Source: Candidatus Omnitrophota bacterium
GTDB lineage: Bacteria; Omnitrophota; Gorgyraeia; Zapsychrales; JAHFFX01
NCBI GenBank assembly: GCA_023247705.1
Contig: JAHFFY010000002.1
Span: forward strand, 38,251 to 102,250
Direction: 5' to 3'
Length of the DNA stretch: 64,000 nucleotides
Shown here: piece after piece, positions 48,705-57,941 of the stretch
How positions within the stretch are numbered: position 1 is the first letter of the stretch
Layout of the letters: each line of letters starts with the position of its first letter
Notes under the pieces: generated by a model
The model's input: the letters and a program-made list of their open reading frames with translations, nothing else
The model's database searches: none
What the model was told of the DNA's origin: nothing
Position numbers and translations under genes: made by a program

Positions 48705-49622
48705 ATGGCGAAAAAAGAAGCCAAGGAATTTAAAAGGACGCTGGCCCGCAATAGTCTGTATTTTTTTTCCGGGCTCTTTAATGCGTTGCCCTATTCAGTC
48801 GTCCGTGCATTGACGCGTTTTTTCATTGAGATCGGGTTTCGCTGCACGAAACATCAGCGTAAAATCGCGAAGGAAAGTTTGCAGATCGCTTTCGGTCAGG
48901 AAAAAAACGAAGGCGAAATTAACAAGATCATCCGCGAGTGTTTTGAGAATTTCGGTCAGGGGATGATTGACTTAATCTATTTCATGGGGCATCCTAAGAT
49001 GATCGAGGAGCATGTTTTTTTTGAAGGGCAGGAACATTTAGATCAGGCGTTAAAGGAAGGCCGCGGTGTCATTGCGGTCAGTGCCCATTTCGGAAATTTT
49101 CCATTAATGCTTCTGCGTTTCGCGCGATCCGGTTATAAGACCAACGCGATCATCCGCCAGACGCGCGATCTGGAGGTGGAGGAATATTTCTTAAATCAGC
49201 GCAGGAAGATGGGGCTCAATACGATTTATAGCCATCCTCGTCAGGAATGTGTCGAGTCATCGATCAAGGCCTTGCGGAATAATGAAATTGTTTTTGTCCT
49301 GCTGGATCAAAATTTCGGCAGCGGGCGCGGGGTGTTCGTGGATTTCTTTGGGCAAAAGGCCGCCACGGCGACCGGGCCGGTTATTTTCGCCATGCGGACC
49401 AAATCGGTCATTCTTCCGATCTTTGTCGTCCGGCAGAAAGACAGCCGGCATAAGGTGATGATTGATCCTCCATTCATCCTGGAGGACAGAGCGGATGAAA
49501 AAGAGATGGTGCAGGTCAATATCACCAGAATTACTCAGATCATTGAACAATATATCCGTCGGTATCCTGAGCAATGGGGATGGATGCACCGGCGGTGGAA
49601 AACGAGGCCGCAAGATGATTAA
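48705..49622 (+). CDS. lpxL: Lipid A biosynthesis lauroyl/myristoyl acyltransferase (LpxL/HtrB family).
   Basis: Lip_A_acyltrans fold with 'AVSAHFGNFPL'. Confidence 0.65.
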   Translation: MAKKEAKEFKRTLARNSLYFFSGLFNALPYSVVRALTRFFIEIGFRCTKHQRKIAKESLQIAFGQEKNEGEINKIIRECFENFGQGMIDLIYFMGHPKMIEEHVFFEGQEHLDQALKEGRGVIAVSAHFGNFPLMLLRFARSGYKTNAIIRQTRDLEVEEYFLNQRRKMGLNTIYSHPRQECVESSIKALRNNEIVFVLLDQNFGSGRGVFVDFFGQKAATATGPVIFAMRTKSVILPIFVVRQKDSRHKVMIDPPFILEDRADEKEMVQVNITRITQIIEQYIRRYPEQWGWMHRRWKTRPQDD

Positions 49623-49776
49623 AAAATTTTTGATTATGCTCATCGGAGTTTGCCTGCTGGTCACGGGGATTTCATTGATTTTAATTCACTGGGCTTCTTT
49701 GGTCGTGGTTTTTAAAGGCGTGATCGGGATGATTCTAGCCCTGGCCGGGCTGCTGGTGTTGATGTTGATAAAATGA
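49615..49776 (+). CDS. Small two-TM membrane protein (53 aa), translationally coupled on both sides.
   Basis: ATGA overlap with the lpxL stop at 49615-49622 and with the HAD gene start at 49773-49776. Product 'MIKKFLIMLIGVCLLVTGISLILIHWASLVVVFKGVIGMILALAGLLVLMLIK'. Confidence 0.4.
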   Translation: MIKKFLIMLIGVCLLVTGISLILIHWASLVVVFKGVIGMILALAGLLVLMLIK

Positions 49777-50423
49777 AACGAAAGATTAAGTTAGTTATTT
49801 TTGATCTCGATGGAACACTGGTGAATGCTTATGCGGCCGTTGTGGCGAGCATTAATTTCACACTCAGGACATTAGGCTTACCGTTGCGGGACCGTAATTT
49901 GATCCGCCGGTCGGTGGGGTGGGGCGACACGAAACTTTTGAAACGGTTCGTTGGAGAAGATGCGATCCAAAAAGCGCTGACCATTTACCGCCGTCATCAC
50001 GCGGGCGCTTTAAAGCACGGGACCAAATTTCTTCCCGGAGCGTATCCGCTTTTACAGGATTTAAAAAAGCAGAAATATCAATTGGCGATCGCGAGCAACC
50101 GTCCGACTAGATTTTCGCTCATCATTCTAAGATATCTTAAAATCAGAAAATTGTTTAATGTCGTTCTTTGCGCCGACAAATTGAAAAGAGGCAAACCGGA
50201 CCCGCGGATCCTGAAGGTGATTTTAAAAAAAATGAAAGTCAAACCTCAGGAAGCACTGTATGTCGGTGACATGACGATTGATGTTGAGACCGGGAAGCGC
50301 GCCGACGTCAAAACCGTGGCGGTCTTGACCGGGTCAAGCACGAAGCGGGAGGTGGAGGCATTGAGACCGTCTCGGGTGATTCGAAAGATTTCAGATCTGC
50401 GGATGATTTTAAAGGAAGAATAA
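49773..50423 (+). CDS. HAD-superfamily phosphatase (phosphoglycolate-phosphatase-like).
   Basis: Motif I 'VIFDLDGTLV'. Motif II/III context 'AIASNRP' and 'VGDMTIDV'. Confidence 0.7.
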   Translation: MKRKIKLVIFDLDGTLVNAYAAVVASINFTLRTLGLPLRDRNLIRRSVGWGDTKLLKRFVGEDAIQKALTIYRRHHAGALKHGTKFLPGAYPLLQDLKKQKYQLAIASNRPTRFSLIILRYLKIRKLFNVVLCADKLKRGKPDPRILKVILKKMKVKPQEALYVGDMTIDVETGKRADVKTVAVLTGSSTKREVEALRPSRVIRKISDLRMILKEE

Positions 50424-50543
50424 GAAGGATAAAAGGCTGTTGGACTTTTTCTTTGATTTAAGATTTTGATTGATTATTGTGGGGATATTGGATATAAGGG
50501 GAACTGGCAGGGAGTTTAAGTTTTTTTTAGAAAGGAGCAATTC

Positions 50544-50624
50544 ATGAGTAAGAGAAAACGAAGAGGGAAATTGAATTGGCGTTCCAAGAAAGCCAATCAC
50601 GGTAAAGCTCCGGCCCGGGGGTAG
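50544..50624 (+). CDS. Tiny basic protein (26 aa) resembling ribosomal protein bTHX; not in the ORF track.
   Basis: AAAGGAG RBS 6 nt upstream. Product 'MSKRKRRGKLNWRSKKANHGKAPARG'. Compare the Thx-like 'RRGKIWRG..GK' pattern. Confidence 0.35.
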   Translation: MSKRKRRGKLNWRSKKANHGKAPARG

Positions 50625-50682
50625 GCTGTTTGTTCGGGGGCGGGATGAAGTAGATCTTTTTTAACGGGAGGAATAAAGGTCT

Positions 50683-51084
50683 ATGCGTCGGTTAATGATC
50701 CGGAAGGAATTGTTGGGGTTGATGTTTTTGTTGTGGGCCAGCGTGAGTTTTGGCGGGTGCGTTTATTTGGTGATCGGCAGTGTGGGGGCGCTCGGTGGTT
50801 ACGCGATCAGCACGGACACGGTGCAGGGCACGCTCGAACGCGAAAAGGACGATCTGTGGGAAGCGTCGCTGTCGGTGGTGAACATCATGGGCAGACTGAC
50901 GCGGCAGGATGAAAGTGAGGGGAAGATCGAGGCGATCGTGAACGGCGCCCGGGTCACGGTCACCATTGACCAGTTTACCTCCAACCTCGTCCGGTTAACG
51001 GTGAAGGCGAGAAAATCGTTTTTCCCCAGCATCGCGACCGCCCAGGATGTCTACATCAAGATTATCAACGAGATGGGCAAATAA
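50683..51084 (+). CDS. Hypothetical small lipoprotein/membrane protein (DUF3568-like).
   Basis: N-terminal hydrophobic segment with 'FGGC'. Glycine-zipper 'GSVGALGGYAI'. Confidence 0.45.
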   Translation: MRRLMIRKELLGLMFLLWASVSFGGCVYLVIGSVGALGGYAISTDTVQGTLEREKDDLWEASLSVVNIMGRLTRQDESEGKIEAIVNGARVTVTIDQFTSNLVRLTVKARKSFFPSIATAQDVYIKIINEMGK

Positions 51085-51108
51085 GCGTCACGCCATTGAA
51101 TAATATAT

Positions 51109-51136
51109 TTGACATTTTACGGACGGTTAGTATACA
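51109..51136 (+). promoter_or_regulatory. Sigma70-type promoter of the tRNA operon (TTGACA-16-TATACA).
   Basis: Hexamers at 51109-51114 and 51131-51136. Confidence 0.45.
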
Positions 51137-51196
51137 ATGGCTTCCTCCCATGAGACAAAATTTTTTGTAGTTGTGTTCCTTCGCAAGATTTTTGTT

Positions 51197-51269
51197 GCCG
51201 AGATAGCTCAGGTAGTAGAGCGCAGGCCTGAAAAGCCTGGCGTCCCCAGTGCAAGTCTGGGTCTCGGCA
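51197..51269 (+). tRNA. tRNA-Phe (anticodon GAA); CCA not encoded.
   Basis: Acceptor GCCGAGA/TCTCGGC. D-stem GCTC/GAGC. Anticodon stem CAGGC/GCCTG with loop CTGAAAA. T-stem CCCAG/CTGGG with T-loop TGCAAGT. A at position 18, G at 55. Confidence 0.85.
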
Positions 51270-51456
51270 TTCTACTTCGCCCCTTGCCATTAAAACAAGG
51301 ATAGGGCTTCGTGGAATTTTTAAATTCTACGAAGCTCAAACACGGAAATATTTGAGCGAAGTAGAACTCTACTTTACCATTCGAAAATAAAAATAACCGC
51401 AGGGCTTTATCGTCGTTTCGAAGATTTTGCGCCGCAGAACAATTTATTTTAAAGAT

Positions 51457-51529
51457 GCTGGCGTAGCTCAGTTAGTAGAGCAGCGGTTTCGTAAACCGCG
51501 GGCCGTAGGTGCAATTCCTATCGCCAGCT
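51457..51529 (+). tRNA. tRNA-Thr (anticodon CGT); CCA not encoded.
   Basis: Acceptor GCTGGCG/CGCCAGC. Anticodon loop TTCGTAA. T-loop TGCAATT. Near-identical to E. coli tRNA-Thr(CGU) except A18 and G55. Confidence 0.85.
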
Positions 51530-51544
51530 TTTTTCTTTTGAAAG

Positions 51545-51600
51545 CCGTAAAGCTGTTCGCGGCCAACGCGGGGCGCCCCAGCGACGGATTTTTTCGTTTT
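51545..51600 (+). terminator. GC-rich hairpin plus U-tract terminator after the tRNA operon.
   Basis: CCGtaaaGCTGttCGCGgccaaCGCGgGGCGCCccaGCgaCGG followed by ATTTTTTCGTTTT. Confidence 0.5.
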
Positions 51601-51803
51601 AGCCCGTTTGTTTTTGTTTGAGATTCAAAAACGAGGGACCCCGGGTTCAATTCACTGCGCCAGCCTTCGCCGGGGCGTAAAGGCCTGAACGGTTTCAAAA
51701 TCTAAAATTTTCTTCGCGAACTTTCCTTCCCAGCGTTGCGGCATTCTTGTGAAAATTTTCGGTTTAATCTTCCGCAGATCCGTTTTCGCAAGTAAAATAA
51801 GCC

Positions 51804-53654
51804 ATGAAAAAGTTGGGCGTTCTTAATTCCCTGCCCGGGATATTTTTGATCCTGGCCGCGTTGACTTTCCTGCTTTACTCGTTTGTCCTGCAAAGCGATT
51901 TCAAAACGATGGACGATCAGGTTTCGATCGTCGACAACGAACACATCAAAAGCTTCGGGCACATCGACAAGATTTTTACGACGTCCTTTTTCGGCGGCAA
52001 TGCCTACTACCGGCCGCTCGTTTCGTTAAGCTTCATGCTGGAATATCATTTCTTCGGTTTGAATCCCTTGTTTTATTATCTGACGAATATTTTCATTCAC
52101 GCGCTGGCGGCGTTTTTTGGATTCTTGATCATGGAGGCGATTTTCGCTCAGGTGTCCGGCTTCAGCGCGGCGTCGCGCAGGCTCGCGTTTTTGATCGCTT
52201 TGTTGTTTGCCGTTCACCCTGTTCACTGGGAGGCGGTGTCCAACATCCCCGGACGGGCGATTTTGTTGTGCGGTCTTTTTAATCTGATCGCCTTTTATTG
52301 TTTTTGTCTGTACCGCAGCCGTGGTCGGGACAAACGGTTTCTCTTTTTGTCTTTGGCGTGTTTTGCTTCGAGTTTGTTGTCGAAAGAATCCGGAATCGTC
52401 CTGCCCTTGACGTTAGCGGCGTATCTGTGTTGGGGGGAGAAAGAATCGATCCGTTCTTTGCGGATCCTGACGTGCGTGATCATTCCCTACGCGTTTGTCG
52501 CCGCGGGATATCTGACGGTCAGACATTACCTGGACATCACGCATCTTTTTTACTGGCGGTCGGTGGGGGAATCTCTCCTCGGCCTGTTGGCATTTTTGCG
52601 CAGCGTGATCACGCATCTGCGGATTTTTGTTTGTCCGCTTGATCTGCATTTTGACCGGATGCGGCCGGTGTTCTTGAGTTTTACGGACATCGAATTGATC
52701 TTGACGGTGATGTTCTTTGCGGCCTTGGGCCGGATATTTTTTCTGCTGAGCCAAAAATGCCCGCGGGTCATCTGGTTCTTCGCGGCGTGGTTTTGGATTG
52801 AGCTGTTGCCGGTCTCCCAGTTTCTGGTTTCGATCGGAGTGCAGCCCGGGTACATTTCGACCGCCGAACATTTCCTCTACATGCCCTCCTGGGGAATGTT
52901 CGCTTTGATGGTTCTGGGGATTGAGATTGTTTACGAAAAAAACAAAACCCGCCGCTGGATTTCTCTTCTGGTTTTTCAATCGTTCGTCGTTGCGTTCTAC
53001 ATCTTCCTGGCCGTGATGACGATTGTGCAGAATATTTATTCTGCCAACGAATGGGCGATGTTCGAGCGGACCCTGCGGTTTAATCCCAAAAACACCCGTA
53101 TCCGCACTTCACTTGGCCTTAGTTACGCCCGTTACCATTTGTTCCCGGAGGCGCAGAAACAATTCCGTGAGGTCTTGGCCGTCGACCCGCTGAATACACG
53201 CGCCCGGATCGGCCTGGGCAAATCTCTGTGTGACCAAGGCCATTTCTGGGAGGGGATCCAGGAATACGAAAAAATCCAAGACCCGGGAAATCAGAAAGAA
53301 TTGCTAGAGAAAAACCTCAAGTTAACTTACAATATTTTGGTTTTGAAATATCAGGACACCATTAAACGTGAACCGGCCAATGCCAAGGCTTATTACAGTC
53401 TAGGCGTGATTTATTCTAAAGAAAACGACATCACCTCGGCGATCGCGCAATATGAAAAATCCGTCGGGCTCGATCCGAATTTCCGGGAAGCACTGTTTAA
53501 TCTGGCTTCGAGCCTGGAGGTCACCGACCGCAGGAAGGAAGCCCCGGCGTATTATGAACGCATGCTGGCTCTTCCCGCGGCAGATGATCATTTAACCGAA
53601 TACGCGCGCGTTCATTTGTTAGATATCCGCCGGAAATTAGGCGGTACGCAGTAA
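51804..53654 (+). CDS. GT-C-like multi-TM protein with a C-terminal TPR domain (TMTC-like).
   Basis: N-terminal ~12 TM helices with 'FKTMDDQVSIVDNEHI' in the first loop. C-terminal TPR repeats. Confidence 0.55.
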   Translation: MKKLGVLNSLPGIFLILAALTFLLYSFVLQSDFKTMDDQVSIVDNEHIKSFGHIDKIFTTSFFGGNAYYRPLVSLSFMLEYHFFGLNPLFYYLTNIFIHALAAFFGFLIMEAIFAQVSGFSAASRRLAFLIALLFAVHPVHWEAVSNIPGRAILLCGLFNLIAFYCFCLYRSRGRDKRFLFLSLACFASSLLSKESGIVLPLTLAAYLCWGEKESIRSLRILTCVIIPYAFVAAGYLTVRHYLDITHLFYWRSVGESLLGLLAFLRSVITHLRIFVCPLDLHFDRMRPVFLSFTDIELILTVMFFAALGRIFFLLSQKCPRVIWFFAAWFWIELLPVSQFLVSIGVQPGYISTAEHFLYMPSWGMFALMVLGIEIVYEKNKTRRWISLLVFQSFVVAFYIFLAVMTIVQNIYSANEWAMFERTLRFNPKNTRIRTSLGLSYARYHLFPEAQKQFREVLAVDPLNTRARIGLGKSLCDQGHFWEGIQEYEKIQDPGNQKELLEKNLKLTYNILVLKYQDTIKREPANAKAYYSLGVIYSKENDITSAIAQYEKSVGLDPNFREALFNLASSLEVTDRRKEAPAYYERMLALPAADDHLTEYARVHLLDIRRKLGGTQ

Positions 53655-54099
53655 TTAGAGAAAACGACGAAGGCAAATTTTCCAGAGAAGACGCTTTCGC
53701 AGGGATCCCATGCTCAAACAGTTCGCGCGATGCGCTCAAACTCGCATGGTGATCCCTGGGAAAGCGTTTGGTGGAAAAAATTTGCCCCACACCGGAATCA
53801 GAGAAGAAACCGATGAAGACAAATTTTCCGAAGATGGCACTTTCGAAGGTTAATGAACTTTGCGAGTCATCGTGTATGAAGAATTGGACTTCCTTGCGAT
53901 TTTTCTCTGATCATTTTTATAGCGCAGTGCAAAAGTTTTGCAACACAGTTTGGGGAAGTATCTCCTTGAGAAAATATTCAAAAATGTTGCAGAATTTTTG
54001 CACCAGGCTATATGTAGGGAAATGGTGGACAAAAATCACAGCAATGAGGGGGAAGAATTTTTACGAAAAAATCAAACAATAAAAAATATAAAACGCCCC

Positions 54100-55380
54100 A
54101 TGAATAAATTCCTGCAAAATTTTAAGAATAAAGATTTCTTCTTCCTCTGGCTTGCCCAGATTATCTCCCAGTTCGGGGACCGGATGAACCAGATGGCCCT
54201 GATCGGTCTCATTGCCCATCGCATGCCGGGTTCGGCCGTGGGGTTAGCCAAGTTGTTATCGTTTACGATCATTCCGGTTTTTCTCGTCGGCCCGATCGCC
54301 GGCGTGTACGTTGACCGCTGGGACCGCCGGGTGACGTTGATTATCTGCGATGTGTTAAGAGGGTTGCTGGTGTTCACGATCCCTTTTGTGTTTATGGCGC
54401 AGGATTCGATGATCCCGATTTATCTCGTTGTCTTTCTCGCTTTTTGCCTGAGCCGGTTTTATGTTCCGGCCAAGATGTCGATTGTGCCTGACCTCGTGGA
54501 CAAAGAGGATCTGTTGATCGTGAATTCGTTGCTGTCGGTCACGGGCATGATCGCCTTTGTGTTCGGCTGTGCCTTCGGCGGATTCTTGGTGGAACGCATC
54601 GGCGCCCGGGGAGGATTTATCATCGATGCCGTTACATTTTTTGTCTCGGCGTTTTTGGTTTTGTTCATCCGTCCGCGGGTCAAATTGTCGTTGAGCCGAA
54701 GGCGAATGATTTCCACCAGCCGGGAAATGATTTCAATCTTTAAAAAATCGGTCATCGAAGAAATGAAAGATGGCGTCGCCTATCTTTTTAGGCAAAAAGA
54801 GATCCGGTTTACGATCAGCATGTTATTTATTTTGTTCTCGGCGGCCGGGGCCATTTATGTGGTGATCATTGTGTTTATCCAGCAGTCCTTCGGCAGCGTC
54901 ACGAAGGATTTGGGTGTGCTGGCGGTGTGTCTGGGGGTGGGATTATTTCTCGGCGCCATTTCTTACGGGCGCTGGGGGGAGAAGATCAGTGCGTTCCGGA
55001 TGATTTTTATTTCGCTTATCCTGGGAGGGATCGCCTTGATTCTTTTCGCGTTGACTGTCGAGAAAACAAAAAATTTATTCACCGCCCTCGCCCTGGCCTG
55101 GCTCATCGGTTTGATCATCGGGCCGATTTTCATTGCCTCCAACACGATCGTACATCAGGTCAGCGACCATCAGATGCGCGGAAAAGTTTTCAGCGGCCTG
55201 GAGATGGTGATCCATTTCGCGTTCCTGATCGCGATGCTCGTCAGTTCGTATTTGTCGGACTATATTAACCGGTTCTGGATTTTGATGGCGATCGGCATCA
55301 TTTTCGCGGTCGTTGGGCTGGGTGGTTTATCGAGAGAAGAGATCAAAGACCGAAGAGTGCGGCCGCAGACGGTTCTGTAA
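54100..55380 (+). CDS. MFS transporter.
   Basis: Start at the internal ATG at 54100. 12 TM helices. MFS signature 'GPIAGVYVDRWDRR'. Confidence 0.75.
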   Translation: MNKFLQNFKNKDFFFLWLAQIISQFGDRMNQMALIGLIAHRMPGSAVGLAKLLSFTIIPVFLVGPIAGVYVDRWDRRVTLIICDVLRGLLVFTIPFVFMAQDSMIPIYLVVFLAFCLSRFYVPAKMSIVPDLVDKEDLLIVNSLLSVTGMIAFVFGCAFGGFLVERIGARGGFIIDAVTFFVSAFLVLFIRPRVKLSLSRRRMISTSREMISIFKKSVIEEMKDGVAYLFRQKEIRFTISMLFILFSAAGAIYVVIIVFIQQSFGSVTKDLGVLAVCLGVGLFLGAISYGRWGEKISAFRMIFISLILGGIALILFALTVEKTKNLFTALALAWLIGLIIGPIFIASNTIVHQVSDHQMRGKVFSGLEMVIHFAFLIAMLVSSYLSDYINRFWILMAIGIIFAVVGLGGLSREEIKDRRVRPQTVL

Positions 55381-55516
55381 ACGTCATAACCCGTCATTGC
55401 GAACATCGTGGTTTTATTGGGACGAAGTTCAATCATCACGATGGCGCGATGAAATTTTGAGAGAGCTGTGGTATACTATAACCGTCATACGGAAACATGA
55501 TCGATAGGAGGTTAGT

Positions 55517-55723
55517 ATGATTACTGTCAAAATTTCTCCCAAGTTTCAGGTGGTGATCCCTCGGGAAGTCCGTAAATCATTTGATATCCTTCCGGGAGGA
55601 AAGCTGCAAATTCTATCTTACCAAAATCGAATAGAATTAATTCCAGTCAAAAAAATGAAGAAGATGAGAGGTTTTCTTAAAGGAATAGATCACAGTGTAG
55701 AGCGTGAAAAAGATCGGCTATGA
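55517..55723 (+). CDS. vapB: AbrB/MazE-fold antitoxin (VapB-like).
   Basis: 'MITVKISPKFQVVIPREVRKSFDILPGGKL' swapped-hairpin fold. GGAGG RBS. Confidence 0.65.
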   Translation: MITVKISPKFQVVIPREVRKSFDILPGGKLQILSYQNRIELIPVKKMKKMRGFLKGIDHSVEREKDRL

Positions 55724-55980
55724 ACCTTGTCGACTCTTCCGGCTGGCTGGAATATTTATCCGATGGCCCCCAAGCGGATTCTTTTGCTTCTCCTTTAGAA
55801 AATGTCCATAATCTTCTTGTCCCTTCGATCTGCATCTTCGAAATATTTAAACGAGTTCTGTCTCAGAGAGGCGAAGATAAGGCTCTTCAGGCTGTCTCTC
55901 TGATGCATCATGGCCGGGTCATTCCGTTAGATACTGTTTTATTTCTTCGTGCGGCGAGATTAGAGGAGAACATCGCATGA
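55720..55980 (+). pseudogene. vapC: PIN-domain toxin VapC, C-terminally truncated (86 aa).
   Basis: N-terminal 'LVDSSGWLEYL' (Asp-5) and 'IFEIF' (Glu) are present, but the two C-terminal catalytic Asp regions are missing. It overlaps the vapB stop (ATGA) and runs into the purN start. Confidence 0.4.
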
Positions 55981-56576
55981 ACTTCGCCGTCTTCGCCTCA
56001 GGCCACGGTTCCAATCTGCAGGCCATCATTGATGCTTTGAAAAAGAAAAAAATCAAAACGCGCTTGGCGTTGGTTGTTTGCGATCGTAAGGACGCCCGCG
56101 CTCTGCAGCGCGCCGCGAAAGCTAAAATCCCATCGGTCTTGATCGACCCGCAGTCATTTCCCAACCGGGAACTGTTTGACCGGGAAGCGGTGAAACACCT
56201 GGAGGCCGCTCGGATCGATTTCATCGTCCTCGCCGGATTCATGCGGATTTTAAGTCCGTATTTCATCAAAGCGTATGAAGGAAAGATCCTCAACATCCAT
56301 CCATCGCTCTTGCCCGCCTTTAAAGGCGCCCATGCCATCCGCGATGCCTTCGCGCACGCGGTCAAAGTGACCGGCGTCACGGTCCATTTTGTGACGGAAG
56401 AACTCGACCACGGTCCGATCATCCTGCAGGAATCCCTCGCGGTCAGCTCCCAAGACACCTTGGCATCGCTTGAAAAGAAAATTCATGGCCTTGAACACAA
56501 ACTCTATCCGAAGGCGATTGATCTTTTCGCCCGCGGGCGTTTGTCGTTCGCCGGCCGCAAGGTCGTTATTCGCTGA
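55977..56576 (+). CDS. purN: Phosphoribosylglycinamide formyltransferase.
   Basis: 'VFASGHGSNLQAI' and 'NIHPSLLPAFKG' motifs. Confidence 0.85.
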   Translation: MNFAVFASGHGSNLQAIIDALKKKKIKTRLALVVCDRKDARALQRAAKAKIPSVLIDPQSFPNRELFDREAVKHLEAARIDFIVLAGFMRILSPYFIKAYEGKILNIHPSLLPAFKGAHAIRDAFAHAVKVTGVTVHFVTEELDHGPIILQESLAVSSQDTLASLEKKIHGLEHKLYPKAIDLFARGRLSFAGRKVVIR

Positions 56577-57936
56577 ATGTTTTTAACTGGGATTTGTTGA
56601 AGAGATATTCTTTATCCTGGCGCAGATTATGGAGTTTGATCGTGGTGAAATCCTCGAAATGATAGCCGCTCGTCACTTCCCCGACGGCCTTTAGAATCTC
56701 ATCCTCATCATCTTCTCCCGGTGGGAAATCGCTTTGCCGGTATTTGAACCGGATGCGCGTCATGATCTGCTGGGTGAGAAATTCCGGCATCTGGATCTCT
56801 TTGTAGTCGAGATGGTGCCCCTGCATATCGCCGATAAAAAATTTATCGCCCCGGGACTCGGAGGTGTAACGTTTGATGAACTCATCGTAGGGAATGGCCT
56901 GCGACATGTAACGCTTGAAGTCTTCGAAATAAAACGTCGCCTGGGTCTCGATGCCTTTAGCGATGTCCGTAATAACGATCACGAAAAAATCAGGAAAGTC
57001 CGGGGTCCGTTCTACTTCAAAGAATGTCCGGGAGATCGCCGTAAAAATGCCGTTCTGGGCCTGGATATATTCGGGCGTGTAATTGTTCCCGATCCCGGGA
57101 TCTTTCTCGGAGCGTAATGTTTTCACGATATCATATTCGAAGCTGAAGGTTTTGTCCTTAAAGTCTCCCTCGAGATACATGATGGAGGGTTTGGGCTTGA
57201 GTTTCTGCAGGGCCCGCATCATTCCCATCCGGCCGAAGCCCAGCGGATTGGTGGCCTTGGCCTCAAAATCAAATACCGGATGTTCCAGCGCCAGATAAAT
57301 CCATAAAGTTTTTTTCAATGGCTTGACAAAAAGATGATAGGCGAAGCGTTTCTGCAGGGCGTAGGGATAAAGGTCCTGCAGGATATAATGGTTGAGCCAT
57401 TTGACCGATAATTTTTCTTCGTCGCCCAGAGAGGCTGTCTCTTTGCCGAAGAAGGTCAATTGATTGCGGAAGGTCTTTGTTTTCTCGCTTAAATGACTGT
57501 CGAGAGTCTCTGGGTTGCCGTAATATTGACGGAGCTGTTGATACAGATCGTAATTGACGAGGATTTTGTTTAAATCATCGACCCAGGCCTTTTGATCGTA
57601 TTCCCGCAGCTGCGGATTTTTTGTAAACTCCGTGATAAAAGTTTTGTTTTGTTCAGAGAGGTTTTTATAAACCGGATGGTTCGGATTTTCCTTAAGGCGC
57701 AGGAGGAGGGCGGGCATGTCAAGGATGTCGCCCCAGGAGAGGAAGGAGTTTTGCCAGATGTCGGTGGCATACTGCTCGAAATTTTCCCGGAACTTGACGA
57801 CAAAATCCTTGCTCGCTTCATCGAGGGTCAGTGATTTTTCGGGTTTCGGCGCGGGGCCGCACCCGGCGATCAGCACAATAAGACAAGCGATGCCAATCAA
57901 TATCCGATGGAAGGTATCTTTTTTTAACATTAACAT
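56566..57936 (-). CDS. Hypothetical 456-aa lipoprotein, co-oriented immediately downstream of the FtsH-like gene.
   Basis: Signal peptide plus IAGC lipobox. I recognise no domain. Confidence 0.5.
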   Translation of the reverse strand: MLMLKKDTFHRILIGIACLIVLIAGCGPAPKPEKSLTLDEASKDFVVKFRENFEQYATDIWQNSFLSWGDILDMPALLLRLKENPNHPVYKNLSEQNKTFITEFTKNPQLREYDQKAWVDDLNKILVNYDLYQQLRQYYGNPETLDSHLSEKTKTFRNQLTFFGKETASLGDEEKLSVKWLNHYILQDLYPYALQKRFAYHLFVKPLKKTLWIYLALEHPVFDFEAKATNPLGFGRMGMMRALQKLKPKPSIMYLEGDFKDKTFSFEYDIVKTLRSEKDPGIGNNYTPEYIQAQNGIFTAISRTFFEVERTPDFPDFFVIVITDIAKGIETQATFYFEDFKRYMSQAIPYDEFIKRYTSESRGDKFFIGDMQGHHLDYKEIQMPEFLTQQIMTRIRFKYRQSDFPPGEDDEDEILKAVGEVTSGYHFEDFTTIKLHNLRQDKEYLFNKSQLKTFSE

Positions 57937-57941
57937 TTAAA

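Noticed and set aside
51625-51670. tRNA-like 'GGGTTCAATTC' T-loop word after the tRNA operon terminator (possible third tRNA or tmRNA end).
   Set aside because: No complementary T-stem or acceptor stem can be built around it, on either strand.
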